A stretch of 64,000 bases of DNA from contig CAVXZB010000038.1 in NCBI GenBank assembly GCA_963765895.1, positions 131,068 to 195,067 on the forward strand, read 5' to 3'. Both the position numbers and the translations under genes were made by a program. Position 1 is the stretch's first letter. Every line of letters begins with the position of its first letter. This DNA is from an uncultured Nitrososphaeraceae archaeon (lineage in GTDB: Archaea; Thermoproteota; Nitrososphaeria; Nitrososphaerales; Nitrososphaeraceae). The notes beneath the pieces were generated by a model. That model was given only the letters and a program-made list of their open reading frames with translations. It had not been told where the DNA came from and did no database searches. Positions 12,358 to 24,472 of this stretch are shown here, one piece after another.

Positions 12358-12954
12358 ACGATAGAGAGAAATGGCTTCTTTGAATATAAGTAATTATTGG
12401 AAGGCGCAATTCTTGCAGTTTTGAACTCCAACTATGACGTATATTTGCTTAAATTACAGACGCAGGTATCATAGTTACATTTTTTTATGAAATGAGACTG
12501 AATCTTATGTAACTGAACATGCATGCAAAACCTTGTGAATACCTGTGGTTAGTATCGTCATTCAATTTCATATTGTCTAGCATCTGGTCGCCAATGTATT
12601 TTTTCTTTAACTCCTTGCTTTGAGGATCTTTCCACTAAGCATAGTATTAAGATTCGTGCTTTAGTTCGGACATTTCTTTTCCGACCTTGATATGCTCTTT
12701 ATAGTTGCATTTACCGGTATTGGCAAGTGCTGTTTATTCATCTCAACCTAGATAGTGCCAATTGTTTAAGTTATTCTATTCTAGAAATCAGTTCTTTACG
12801 CTACATCATTCTCAATGCATTTATAATAAGACCTGGTGCATACGCCTCCCGATGGTTTTCCAAAATTTATAACTCATGATATGAGGATAGGGGTTGTTGA
12901 ATAGAATGCAACTGATAACAATAGTAATTATACCATATAGTTTGAATAGGTGTC

Positions 12955-14435
12955 ATGAATTTGGGAATACATAGAGCTTTAGTATTTCAAGGAGGGGGTT
13001 CACTTGGAGCGTACGAAGCTGGGGCCTACAAAGGTATGAATGAGGAACTTTCAGGATTCTTCAGAAAAGAAGGAAGGGAAAACGAACCAACATTTCATAT
13101 AGTCTCTGGGACCTCGATTGGGGCTATAAATTCTGCTATATTGGTAAGCTTTGTAAAGGAAAATAAAACATGGGAAGGATCAGGCGAAAGATTAGTAGAA
13201 TTTTGGGAATATCGTATCTAAACAGTCATCGGTTGATAGCATGCCACATTTTGCAAATTATTGGGATTCTTGGCGTACAGTAAATAGACATATTGCATCA
13301 GGAGAATCTGCTAGAAGATATTTCAGGTACTAAGGAATTTATTTTTAAAGGAGTTCCTAATGTATTTATACCAAAGACGCCTTTACCAGACACTAGATTT
13401 TTTGACCCTTCAAATACGTGGTATGTCTATGATAATAAACCATTAAAAGCAAGCTTGGAAAGGTTCGCAAAGTTTCCTATTTCCACAAGCTTCGAAAATG
13501 ATGAACCACGACTCTTGTTGGTTGCCGTAGACGTACAGGAAGCTACTCCAGTGGTTTTTGATAGTTACGAAAAGGAAGATGGAACAAGGAAGTCAGAATA
13601 TGGCAAATATGGTAGAATGAAATCAGACGGTTCTGCAATCGACTCAGAGAATAATGAAGGATTTGAACACGTTATAAGATATAATAATGGAATAACAGCA
13701 GACTTCGTATTAGCAAGTTGTTCGGTTCCAGTAAATTATGATTATACGAGACTAAATGTAGAAAACCACACATTGGACTTACGAAAGCCTGGCCACAACA
13801 CACAGGCAGAGGGTAATAATGGGCCTTCTTCAAACGTCAGTAACAGCTTGCGCTTCTTCTGGGATGGTGGTCTATTAGCTAATACACCTTTAAGGCAGAC
13901 CATCCTTGCTCACAGACATTATTGGCTTAAAGTAAAGAAATTGGAAGACAATATACCCAGACTCAAATTTGGTATAATAAATCTTCATCCGGCTAAACAA
14001 GAATATGTTCCTTCTGATTACGATAGTGTTGTTGACAGGAAGAACGATATCATATATCATGATAGAACAGAATTTGATGAATTTGTTGCAGTTCTCGTAT
14101 CAGATTACGCAATGCTCGCTAAGTCTCTAATTAAGCTGGCCGAGGACAATGGTGCAGGCAAAGAAGCATTGGAAAAGATTTTGAAGGAGAAAACTAATGC
14201 TGTTTTTCCTGCTACTGGTAGGCATGGATTATACAGCGATTTGCTAAAGGGTAGAGTTGTTGTTGATTTTGTTGCTCGTTTGGAGCGAAAGAACGATAGT
14301 CATACTATTTCAAATAAAACATTTGACTTTTCAAAGACTACAATCCAACAGCTAATCCAAGATGGATATAAAGAGACCAAGGAACAGATGAAACAAATTC
14401 TCACCGATTTAAAAAAAGAACTGTCTGACACATAG
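12955..14435 (+). CDS. Patatin-like phospholipase, copy 1 (frameshifts at about 13213 and 13325)
   Basis: QGGGSLGAY, GTSIG nucleophile and WDGG catalytic Asp; DUF3734-like C-terminus (K.FDFS..TI). Confidence 0.88.
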
Positions 14436-15020
14436 TGATTTAGTCTGCATCGCAGTAGCCTACACACATCATTTTTCAGGAAGTACATATAGGATGGACA
14501 AATAGATAGTTAATTTTAGAAGAGTCTACTTCACTGAGACAGAATCTGATGTAGAGATACTCTTGTTCCAATACCAGATGTTCCTATCGATAGGTTAGCA
14601 TTTACTCCTTTTCTGTTTATCATAAACAAAAAATCTGTAGGTCAATGAATAGCCAGTAGTTAGGCTTGACAATCTTTATCCAAGGTTGTGCAGTTTCGTT
14701 ATATGGTCACAAACCTTCAATCTCATATCAACAGCTCTGTATGGTGACATCGAGCTTGGTAGGAATCTTACCTATACTTTGCTTTAACTTTTTCTATAAC
14801 CTGTTACTTTAGAATCAACATAGAAGCGCTGGTACAGTATTTGAGAGCCTCTTGATTAGAACGCTGCTAAAAAGTGTGTTCAAATTCTTGAATACATTAC
14901 GTTTATTTGCAAATTATGGCATGCGGATATAATTGGGGCGAGTACTTGTTTTTACTTACAAGTTCCACTTATTTACCATAAATTGTACCCTTGACATTAA
15001 CATTCTTCGAGAATTTTGGA

Positions 15021-16158
15021 CTATCCTACATATGGAGGGGTGATATCTGAACCAAAAATATAGAATAAACCATCGCGGGATCCTATAAACATCATACTAT
15101 TTGCAATGGCTGCTGAAGAGTCCACCATATTCATTGTTGGAAATTTCCAGGTTTGTTTTCCACTATTGATATCTAACCCGTAAATATAAGAGTCGAGGGA
15201 ACCGAAAAACATTACAGCATCATATTCAGATATGGCTGGAGATGACCATATTTTATCTCCTGTTTCGAAATTCCATACCACTGAGCCATCTTTGACCTGA
15301 AAACAATATACATTATTATTAGATGTTGCAAAGAATGCCTTATCCCTTATCGTAGCAGGGGAAGCCATTACAGGTTTTGTTATCTGTTTACTCCATCTAA
15401 TCTTTCCTGTAGATTGATTCAAACAAAACATTCCTCCATTATAAGTCCCAATGAATAGTAATGGGCTTTCATCATCGAAGGATAAACACGGTGACGAAGA
15501 TCTAATCTTGCCATTCAACCTTGTTTTCCATAGCAGTTTCCCATCTATATCTAAACAATAGAGGAATCCATCATCAGACCCTATAAATATTTCATTTCCG
15601 TTAAATGACGGTGAGGACCATACCTGTCCACCGGTTTCAAACTTCCATCTCACATCCCCACTGACGTCCTTCGAGAGCATAGACAGCATTATCTATGGAA
15701 CCGACAACTAACATCACGTCATCGACCAAACATGGAGAAGAAAAAACTGGACCAGGAATTTCATACCTCCAAATCTCTTTCCCATTATTCGTATCAATTC
15801 CAAACACAAAATCTTTTCCTATATGAGATGTACCATCAGTCCAGGAATCATAGGTAGCAGTCACTAAAATACTATCATAAACTAAGGGCGACGAAACTAA
15901 AGGACTTTTAATATCTAAATGCCATTTTCTTTGCTTTTTGACAGGATTTAATGCAAGAATTCGCCCTGTTAAAGTTAAAACATATAATGTCCCTTTTGCA
16001 AATATAGGAGATGAGACAATCGGTCCGACTTCTGTTACCCATGAAAGCGAAGGTTTGCGATGTATCCTCGAAGAGGATGCTCCTGTTCGCATGGAGTTTC
16101 CTCTGAACATCTTCCATGACTGCTTATCGGATATTCCCAATGGTTCTTTCCAGTTCAA
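15021..16158 (-). CDS. PQQ-like/BamB-type beta-propeller repeat protein (frameshift near 15670)
   Basis: WKMFRGNSMRTG N-terminus and repeated W.F.TG..I.SSP...D..LY.LD blades. Confidence 0.85.
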
Positions 16159-16429
16159 TATTCTTAACTCTCAATGTCCTATAAGAATACATTGCCAAAG
16201 AACATTTACGTAGAGGATTAATCTAACAGTGTAACTGTGTGGTCGCATACATTTACTTAATTAACATATGATACCAAATAGCGAAGTGAAAGACACTCGT
16301 CAATGTGAACTGATTTTCAACAAACGTCCACATCACGTTGTACTCAAACAGTCTTAACTCGTTACATGACTGTCAAAGGTAGAATATGCAAGAAAAGAAC
16401 ACGAGAATATCACGCCAATTTACAAATGA

Positions 16430-17437
16430 TCATCCTTTCAGCAGAGCTCTAGTTACAAGCAATGCCAATCCTGCAATCGCGGCGCTAGCCGGGATGGTTA
16501 TAATCCATGCATAAACAATCCGTTTACCAATCCCCCATCTGACTGCGGACAATCGCTTAGATGCTCCTGCCCCCATAATAGCTCCGGATATTGCATGTGT
16601 GGTGCTTACTGGTATTCCTAGCCAAGCCATCGAAGTAAGTATTACTCCTCCGCCTGTTTCAGCACAAAATCCTTGAAATGATTTTAGAGTGGTAAGCGAA
16701 AACGCCATCGTCTTTATAATTCGCCATCCTCCAAAGAAGGTCCCTAATGCAATAGCTGCAGCTGAAACTAGAACTACAGAAACAGGAACAACAAAGTTTT
16801 TTGAATCTAATAGCCCTGCCGAGATTAGTAGGGCAGTAATCACACCCATAGTTTTTTGACCATCATTCGCACCGTGAGTGAGAGAAAAGAATGCAGACGA
16901 TCCTATCTGCAATTTTCCGAACAGTTTATTTATAACTGATGGCCTGTTCCTTCGAAAAACTAACATAATACTTATTGTCAGTACAAAAGCAATTACAAAA
17001 CCCATCACTGGCGAAACTACCATAAATGTCAACGTTTTTTCAACTCCTGGAAAAACGATCGCTTTTGTTCCACCTGCCACTAATCCAGCACCAATTAGGC
17101 CACCGATCAAAGCATGGCTACTCGATGATGGAAGGCCAAAGTACCACGTAATTAAATTCCAGCTAATTGCTCCGACTAGCGCCGCTATGATTACGTATAC
17201 TGTTGAAAATTCTGGCTGTATAATACCTTTACCAACAGTGGCTGCTACTGCTGTTCCAAAAATGAATGGTCCAATAAAATTTGCTATGGCGGCCATGCTT
17301 ACGGCATATAACGGTCTTAATACACGAGTTCCTACAACGGTTGCTATAGAGTTAGCAGAATCATGGAACCCATTTATAAAATCAAAAAATAGAGCGAAGA
17401 CTATCGTCCCATAGATTAGGAATAAATTCTCAGTCAT
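16430..17437 (-). CDS. pit: Inorganic phosphate transporter, PiT family
   Basis: NGFHDSANSIAT, GLPSSSSHALIGG, HGANDGQKTMG, PVSTTH signature motifs; intact. Confidence 0.95.
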   Translation of the reverse strand: MTENLFLIYGTIVFALFFDFINGFHDSANSIATVVGTRVLRPLYAVSMAAIANFIGPFIFGTAVAATVGKGIIQPEFSTVYVIIAALVGAISWNLITWYFGLPSSSSHALIGGLIGAGLVAGGTKAIVFPGVEKTLTFMVVSPVMGFVIAFVLTISIMLVFRRNRPSVINKLFGKLQIGSSAFFSLTHGANDGQKTMGVITALLISAGLLDSKNFVVPVSVVLVSAAAIALGTFFGGWRIIKTMAFSLTTLKSFQGFCAETGGGVILTSMAWLGIPVSTTHAISGAIMGAGASKRLSAVRWGIGKRIVYAWIITIPASAAIAGLALLVTRALLKG

Positions 17438-17504
17438 TTCCGTTTTAATTTGTGGTAATGCTTATGTCCTCGGTTGTCAAGCTCGTTATGCATATTTACT
17501 TCTC

Positions 17505-18164
17505 TTAGCCATATTTTAGGGCAATATCCTCTATTATATCCGAGACATCAGCGGTCCTATCTATAGCCCCTTCTAAAGTCTCGTAAATTTCCTTTTGTTT
17601 TATAATATTTATGGCATCATGCTCATTTTCAAAAAGGTCTGCGATTGCAGTTCTATAAAGCTTGTCTCCTTCATGCTCGAAGCCAGTTATCCGAGCAGAA
17701 TGTTCAATCAGATCCTGAGCGTTCTTAAATTTTTTCAGCATTACAACCACAAAATGGATCTCTTTCGAGGCGAAATGAAGTACATTGGCCATCTCTAGCA
17801 TTTTTGGTGTTGGCTTATGAATTTTATAAAGCACAAATCTGTCTGCAGTCCCATCAGCATAATCTAATACCTCATCGATAGCGCCTGTTAGTTTTGAGAT
17901 GTCTTCTCGATCGAAAGGCGTAACAAACGTTTTGTCGAGAATATCAAATATGTTGTGAGCAATCTTGTCTCCACTGTGCTCTAGATCCTTTATGGCAGAC
18001 ATGCGTTCGTTAATGTTATCATAGGTAGCAATGAGTTCAACCAAAGCTCCTGTTGCTTTTATTAAATTGGAAGACTGCTTTTCAAGTATATCAATAATTG
18101 CTTTATCGTTAGATTTTAACCATGAAAACCAATGCAATGTGCTGTTCATTTGATCTATCTTCAC
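17505..18164 (-). CDS. DUF47 PhoU-like phosphate transport regulator
   Basis: DLEHSGD, TFVTPFDREDI, EHEGD, EIYETLE..ID; immediately upstream of pit, the standard pairing. Confidence 0.92.
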   Translation of the reverse strand: MKIDQMNSTLHWFSWLKSNDKAIIDILEKQSSNLIKATGALVELIATYDNINERMSAIKDLEHSGDKIAHNIFDILDKTFVTPFDREDISKLTGAIDEVLDYADGTADRFVLYKIHKPTPKMLEMANVLHFASKEIHFVVVMLKKFKNAQDLIEHSARITGFEHEGDKLYRTAIADLFENEHDAINIIKQKEIYETLEGAIDRTADVSDIIEDIALKYG

Positions 18165-18696
18165 TGGGAGGAACTAAATAATATGTATTATCTCGTTATT
18201 GATGTTTTAAGATACATAAAATTAGGGTGTTGACATGATTTCATCCCAGTTTTTAGGAATTGCATTTATATAAATCAATAACTAAACATTAATGACTAAA
18301 CTCAGCTTTGTGTATACAAAGAAGGCAATAAGAGATAAAGTATCTATTTTTTATAAATTATTACTCCAAATTCGGAAAGACTATTATAATGTCATGAATT
18401 CGCTAGCAATAAAAAAAATAGCACATGTTTAAACAATACAGCAAGATGATATCCTTTCATAGCATAGCAACAATGGTATCTAAAGGATCGTCATGAGAGA
18501 TATTAAAGAGGAAATTACTACCATTAAGGTAGGACTAACTGCACTAGTTCAGAAAACATGTTTGCTGTCCCATATTTTAAATCAATACTTTAAAACGATA
18601 TCAAGAGCATCCTTCTTGAACAAGTAACTGTACATCGTATTTGCAGACTTGCTGGTTCTTGAGACTGTGCCGTCAAATCAGTTCTCCATTCGAGGA

Positions 18697-18831
18697 ATGT
18701 ATAATAAGAAATTTAATGATGTGCTGTTTCCACATCTAGAGAGCAGACACATCAGCACAATGTGGCAGCATTTGTTACGATTCATTATAAGACAGCACGA
18801 TGGCTAGATTTGTAGGATGCTTGATTACTAG
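18697..18831 (+). mobile_element. Decayed fragment of the IS5/ISH1-like transposase N-terminus
   Basis: Translates as VLFPHLESRHISTMWQHLLRFIIRQHDG*ICRM, aligning to PLFLHRKSNHAFTIWQHLVLLTIRQYEGKSYRM of IS copy 1. Confidence 0.65.
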
Positions 18832-18937
18832 TGTTCGTAAGAGCCGTGTTAGCTAGTAAAACCAGCAATTAGTTGTAACTAGTGGACCTTTGCAGAATAG
18901 CTATATAGGGAACTGAACATCAATGTTTATTGTGAGT

Positions 18938-19013
18938 GGTAAGGACGGTAAGTAGAGGTAAGGACGGTAAGTAGAGGTAAGGACGGTAAGTAGAGGTAAG
19001 GACGGTAAGTAGA
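18938..19013 (+). repeat. Perfect tandem repeat, 4 x 19 bp (GGTAAGGACGGTAAGTAGA)
   Basis: Read directly: copies start at 18938, 18957, 18976 and 18995, with no spacers. Confidence 0.97.
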
Positions 19014-19078
19014 CAGAGAAATATAGTGCGCATTAAAAGCTTATTACTCACCATACCGTACGTACCTATAACACTAGA

Positions 19079-19336
19079 TTGGATCATACTTACTCACCAT
19101 ACACAGGAACAAACAAAAAGCAACGCATATGGGCGCTAGTATCAGATGGTAAATATTCCTCAGATCAGATAGCTTCAATGGTTGGTACTACTATAGAATA
19201 TGTCTGGAAGGAGACAAGTAGATGTAGAAAATCTACAACAGCAACTGGCCTTGTTCTTAGTAGGAGGACCACACAGCTATCAAAAAGAAAGGATGCAACA
19301 TACATCCATCTTTCCAACATAAACATCAAATATTGA
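19079..19336 (+). CDS. Small helix-turn-helix protein, possibly truncated
   Basis: KKQRIWALVSDGKYSSDQIASMVGTTIEYVWKETSR fits an HTH pattern. Confidence 0.55.
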   Translation: MDHTYSPYTGTNKKQRIWALVSDGKYSSDQIASMVGTTIEYVWKETSRCRKSTTATGLVLSRRTTQLSKRKDATYIHLSNINIKY

Positions 19337-19349
19337 AGCTATCAAAAGT

Positions 19350-20315
19350 TTAATTGCTACTGTTACTTTCCATTCTTACATAGTCGAGAACTACTTTACC
19401 TCTTGGATGGACATCCTTTTGGTAGTCTAGTGCCTTACCTGCCTCCTCTAGTAAAAATGTCCTGTCTACATTTACTTTTACATTATTTTAATCTACCCAC
19501 TGTGCCAATTTAGTCAGCCGTTCTCTATCTGCTTGTGTGAACTGAAATATTGCCTTGACATTATATTGATTCATCAGCTCTGAGTTTGGCTACTTTAGCA
19601 TAGAGATAATTATGCCACCTTTCTTTAAGACTTTGAAAGACCTTTTGTATGTGTCACCGCCTACAGTATCAAAGACTGAATCATAGTCATGCAGCAGATC
19701 TTCAAAGTTCTGGCTCTTGTAGTCTATGACTTGATCAGCTCCCAGTTCTTGGACAAACACCTTGTCATTTGCACTTGCCGTTGTCGCTATGAATGCTCCC
19801 AAGTTCTTGGCAAGCTGTATAGCAATTGATCCTATACCTCCTGCTCCACCATGAATTAGAATCCGTTGACCATTTGATAATCCAATGTTTTCAACAAGTG
19901 CGCGCCATGAACTAACGCCTACAAGTGGTAAGGCCGCCGCTTCGCCATGGCTTAGCCTCTTTGGTTTATTTGCGATAGTTTCTGTCTTTGCTAAAGCCAT
20001 TTCTGCAAATGCTCCTGACCCACCAGTTAGCTACTCCAGCTTGTCCATATACTTCATCTCCTTGCTTGAAATCTGATAGACACCTCCTCCAATTTCTTTG
20101 ACAATACCTAGAAAAATCCATACCCAATGTAAAGGGGAATTGAAGTTGTATCATTTGTTGAAAGTAACCTTCACGAATTTTCCAATCTACAGGATTTAGG
20201 CCAGCTGCTTTTACGCTAACTAAAACTTTTCCAGAAGATAAAGTTGGTTCAGGCGTATTTTGGTTAATCTCAATAACCTCACTGCCTCCGTACTGTTAAT
20301 TTGAGCAGACTTCAT
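19350..20315 (-). CDS. NADP-dependent MDR/quinone oxidoreductase, frameshifted
   Basis: MKSAQIN, AAGLNPVDWKIREG, FPFTLGMDFS, ILIHGGAGGIGSIAIQLAK, HPRGKVVL. Confidence 0.85.
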
Positions 20316-20796
20316 TGCCATATAATAAATTATGAGATATTAAAGAGTGTGCTAAAATGCAAGGTACAGAAGACGTTATGTGGGAACAGAAAATCATGGC
20401 GGATATCCTTAAGACGTACAGTGACCATATCATATCATGATGACGAATGTTCCGGAGTGGATTGGACCATAAAAAGCCGATCGCCGATTCTATGTCTTTC
20501 ATTCTAGCTAGTTCTAACGAATATCGAATTTCTTGCACGAAATCACCAGATTCTGAAAATGGTAGATTTCGAAAGCTTCCAGAGTAGGAATAACTGAAAA
20601 TGATATTGGCCTATTCAGATTATTCATTCTCTGAAGGTTGCATATTTTCGAATACTATAAAATCATTTGCTTCCGGAAATGCTATCTTGTTAGGTAAATT
20701 TTAAGTCTATTGATAACTTCTATAAACATAAGGTTTGAATCCGATATCTTATTCAAAACCAATATTTTTATAACTCCTCTAAAAGTTATTGTTTAC

Positions 20797-21775
20797 TTGG
20801 AAACTAGATTAATAATACTTGATGTTCTAGCATCACTAATTGTTCTTGCAATTGTATCAAGTATTGTTATATTGCAATTAGAAGCTTATGCTCTATCAAA
20901 GGATGTAGTTTAAGGTTCACAGCGGCAATTGACAACACTGGCAAATACTTCAGAACTATACTAACAGAAATGATAGCAGAGTATTATCAGATTCTCCTCC
21001 TACAAATATTCGTCCTAATATTCAAACAGATTATAATCTCAACATGCAACTTCTCCAAGAATATCTAAGTTTGCATATATTGATCCTCTTGCACTTCTTA
21101 TTGGAGACTATCAGATAGGAAGACTAGTGTTGATTGCACCATTTGCGGTATGTAGAAGTGATGAAGGAACGCCTATTCATATTGGAGACTATTCTAATAT
21201 GCAAGATGGTGTAATTTTACATGCTCTTGAAACAACATCATGGTAAGAATATTGATAATAGAATATATTGAGCAGCAGGGATATCTTTTGAAGGGAAATG
21301 ATACTGGCTATAAGGATGGTTTTGCAATATTTGTTGGTGATAAGGTTAGTTTAGCACATGGAGTACAGATACACGGGCGGCATTTATTGGAAAGACACAT
21401 TTGTAGGTATGAATAACTTGATCTTTAATACTAAAAGTTGGCATAGAGTGGCTATAGGAGATCAGTACGATAACCGAGGTGTTCCAATCCCTGACAATAA
21501 ATTTACCACCAGGAACGCTTGTAACTACACAAGCGGTTGCAAATGCTTTATCATCAATAGTTGGAAGCCAATATGGGGAGATAAACGGAGCTGTTCTGCA
21601 CGTAAATCAAGAGCTTGCAAAAGGATACAATGCACAAACCATTCAAAAACTGGCTACAGAGATGGAAGATGTGTTAGAGCAGGAAGAGATGCTTCAAACA
21701 GGTAGTCCAACAGGAAACCCAAATGATTTATCTAGTAATAATAATAACAGTGACCTGTCATACTTGAGGAAGTGA
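20797..21775 (+). pseudogene. cam: Gamma-class carbonic anhydrase (Cam-like) with signal peptide, fragmented
   Basis: AYIDPLALLIGD, APFAVCRSDEGTPIHIGDYSNMQDGVILHALET, VSLAHGVQIHG, VLHVNQELAKGY across frames. Confidence 0.82.
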
Positions 21776-22372
21776 AGATGACCAATGGGATAACTAATAA
21801 TACTTAGATAATAATGGAACATTAGGAAAGACGACTTTTAGTGGGCAGCTATAGTCGCAGTAATAGTATTAGCACAGGTGTTTACGCACTTTAGTCTACT
21901 ATGATAAAAACCATCGATAAAATGTAAAAACCAATAGTAGTCAATAGAAAAGTATACTGCTCACAGTCTACTGTCTTTTTATTATACCTGGCTCAAAAAA
22001 TGTAGTCCTATTATTTCCGGGCGTCATAATTAAAGTAATCTGCACCTGAACCTCCGTTGCTGGGTTTGTGCCTCCATTACCAAGTAAATTCCACGGCATG
22101 CCATTATTCATACCATTAATATATTTGAGCACTATCGATTTTCTTCCTTTCTATTACAGTGCTACACTTATGTAATCGAATTGTTAATAAAATAATGGTA
22201 CTTATTAGTAATAGAAACTGAAAGACGATTCTAATATCGAGGGGCGCACATACTCATGTTCCCGTTCATCTATACACGTACATATACAAGATAAGACCAG
22301 GATGAGCCCAATAAACGCTAAAACTATCGGCATTTCCACTCTGTCGACTCTGTCGACTCTGCAAATTGATGA

Positions 22373-22505
22373 TATTTGATTCAGGCAATAGCCAGTGAGT
22401 GTTAACACATCGGACAGTATAGGATTTTGACAAGTCCAGTATAATTATATCGGAAAAGTGCCTTCTAATACAGAAGTGCGGCAGGCACGTCAGATTATAA
22501 ACATT
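22373..22505 (+). repeat. Dispersed palindromic element, copy A
   Basis: About 130 bp of clear similarity to 26866-26995; core TAATACAGAAGTGC..GCACGTCAGATTATAAA. Confidence 0.88.
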
Positions 22506-22851
22506 TTCTAAATTGAGGTATCATCTGGAGAGCCAGACTTCGTTCGATGGGCATAGATGTTGATAGGGACAAAAAGTTTCATGTGTAACTCAATTTATGG
22601 CCCTCAAAAATGAATCTCATACCACCAGTAACATCAGCTCATCATGTTTTGTTTTCAACTCAAGTATTTTCTATCAAACGCAAGGTATATTGATGCATAA
22701 AACTAACCTCGTATTCGTTACCTTCAGGCAAGGTCATATACCTAAGTTATTGACAACGAAATAGCGCTTCGTTTCTAATCAACTGCGGTTAGAATCTTCT
22801 TCATAAAGAATAAGCATAATGTTCAACTATGACCAAACGTAGTATCATTGA

Positions 22852-23100
22852 TTGAACTATAAGATGATAATGGCAACAGCAATAATCGCAGCGGCCACGG
22901 TAACAGCATTCGGCATACCCAAGGTGGCGCACGCAGACGGATCAAGTGCAGGAAGTAGAGGGCGGCGCGAGAGGACTTTAGGAACCATGTAGGTTTTCAA
23001 GGAAGTTGCGCAGATCACGGATATGATGTGACTCTGAATCCTGGATGGTGTCTGGACTTTAAGAGCTGATACGCGATTCAGTGGGGGAGTCCTAAGTCTA
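22852..23100 (+). pseudogene. Small secreted Cys-containing peptide, frameshifted
   Basis: LNYKMIMATAIIAAATVTAFGIPKVAHA-DGSS signal peptide; a shifted frame gives DFRNHVGFQGSCADHGYDVTLNPGWCLDFKS. Confidence 0.5.
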
Positions 23101-23209
23101 GGTCAATAAGTAAACAAGTGTTTACGCTTACTTAAAACAGTCCTAACGTACAGTCTGAGCTTCTACATCAGCAACAGCCTTTACTACAGGGTTGCTGGCT
23201 CGTAGCACC

Positions 23210-23449
23210 TTATAGACTGGGTTTATTAAGGCAATGATTCTTAATATCATCTTTATAGTCCTTGGCGTTTTTATCTGATTTCTCCACGAGGCACGTTGTT
23301 GTGTCTCCCTCGCTACTAGCAAATGGGACCACGTCCTTAATAGGTTTATTGAGCCCCTCGGCGACAGGGGATATGGTATAAAGACTATGTATTGATAGAT
23401 TAAACCAACATGAAATAACCAATGCATTGTAAACAAATGCATTAACCAC
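23210..23449 (-). CDS. Small, probably secreted protein
   Basis: Hydrophobic N-terminus and a Cys pair (TTTCLVE...KNHCLNK). Confidence 0.4.
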   Translation of the reverse strand: MVNAFVYNALVISCWFNLSIHSLYTISPVAEGLNKPIKDVVPFASSEGDTTTCLVEKSDKNAKDYKDDIKNHCLNKPSL

Positions 23450-23731
23450 TCAAAATAAAAATTGTCGAAGTATAGACTATTGCAATTGTAACGAATTTGA
23501 AAAGGCAGTTGACTATTATAATATTCGATATTGTCGGCTTGAGGACGATAAGTTTAACGCAGTAAAAAAGGGGTTGTTCCCTATTTCCCCTCTTTAGATA
23601 TAGCGTCCCACTGCTAGTCTGGAGCCTTTCAAGTATTGTTCATGGTGTACAAAGAAACTAAAGCAACTAAAGAGTGAATAGTTATCCATACCACTTATAT
23701 CGACCATAGCCCTTAAAATCATACACGAATA

Positions 23732-23911
23732 ATGCAGCCATACCACATGCTATTTAAGAAGGCCGAAGAGGGAGGCTTTACAGGAAAGTGCTTAGAGTTA
23801 CCTGGAGCCATTTCTGAGGGAGAAACCATGGAAGAACTTAGAGAAACAGATAGAAGCACTCTTGTTAGCAAGAGTTATACAAGAAGTAGCAGAACTAAGG
23901 TAATGCGCTAG
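23732..23911 (+). CDS. hicB: HicB-family antitoxin (C-terminus probably frameshifted)
   Basis: Manual translation MQPYHMLFKKAEEGGFTGKCLELPGAISEGETMEELRE matches the HicB P.LPG..S.GET.EE signature; below the ORF-track cutoff. Confidence 0.85.
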   Translation: MQPYHMLFKKAEEGGFTGKCLELPGAISEGETMEELRETDRSTLVSKSYTRSSRTKVMR

Positions 23912-23951
23912 TGAACGAAGTAATCTAACAAAGTAATTATTGACTGACTAA

Positions 23952-24159
23952 TTGAGTCTACGAAATCATAACTGGCGTGAGGTAGTTAGAGTTCTAAGTC
24001 GTCATGGTTTTGATATGGAAAGTTGTGCTTGACAATCTCTATAACAATATATCGAAGAGATAAAGGATGATCCAAAATCAACAGATAAAACAGAGTACGT
24101 TAAGGGCTATTCTTGACCAGGCTGATATTTCAAGAGAGCAGTTTCTTAGCGAACTGTAG
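23952..24159 (+). pseudogene. hicA: HicA-family toxin, internally disrupted
   Basis: LSLRNHNWREVVRVLSRHGF start and IKQSTLRAILDQADISREQFLSEL end; the central GSH motif is missing. Confidence 0.78.
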
Positions 24160-24245
24160 CGTATAACTAGGATCAGTGTCGCAGACGGCACATGCGGCGT
24201 TTACAACGAACCAACTGACACTATTATTTCTTTTCTATATTTTTT

Positions 24246-24459
24246 ATGTTAAAGAGGCTAACTTCCAGTAAGTAGGCATTAGCTTGGTTTTGCTAATTGT
24301 AGGAACCGCCGCACCGACTACAATCTTGACAATTCAGCCAGCGCAGGCACAGCACAATCACTGTCGCTTGCCAAACGGGACCATTCCCCAGGCCAAGGAG
24401 ACCAAGGTTGTCCCCTGGGCTTAATTGATAACCCAGGGAGCGAACACGCAGGCAACTAA
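24246..24459 (+). pseudogene. Small secreted peptide with a Cys pair, frameshifted
   Basis: VGISLVLLIVGTAAPTTILTIQPAQA-QHNHCRLPNG, then in a shifted frame GQGDQGCPLGLIDNPGSEHAGN*; a T-run follows. Confidence 0.5.
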
Positions 24460-24472
24460 CTTTTTTTTATTT

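Noticed and set aside
16878-17414. 178-aa plus-strand ORF, and similar antisense ORFs at 59723, 61940, 5529 and 49216
   Set aside because: They lie antisense to well-supported genes and show no motifs of their own.
18938-19013. CRISPR array
   Set aside because: The repeats are contiguous with no spacers, and there are no cas genes in the window.
22339-22361. Short tandem duplications (ACTCTGTCG here; TTTGCTAATGGTGC near 25653; CATGTCGTAT near 11242)
   Set aside because: Two to three copies only, consistent with ordinary replication slippage.
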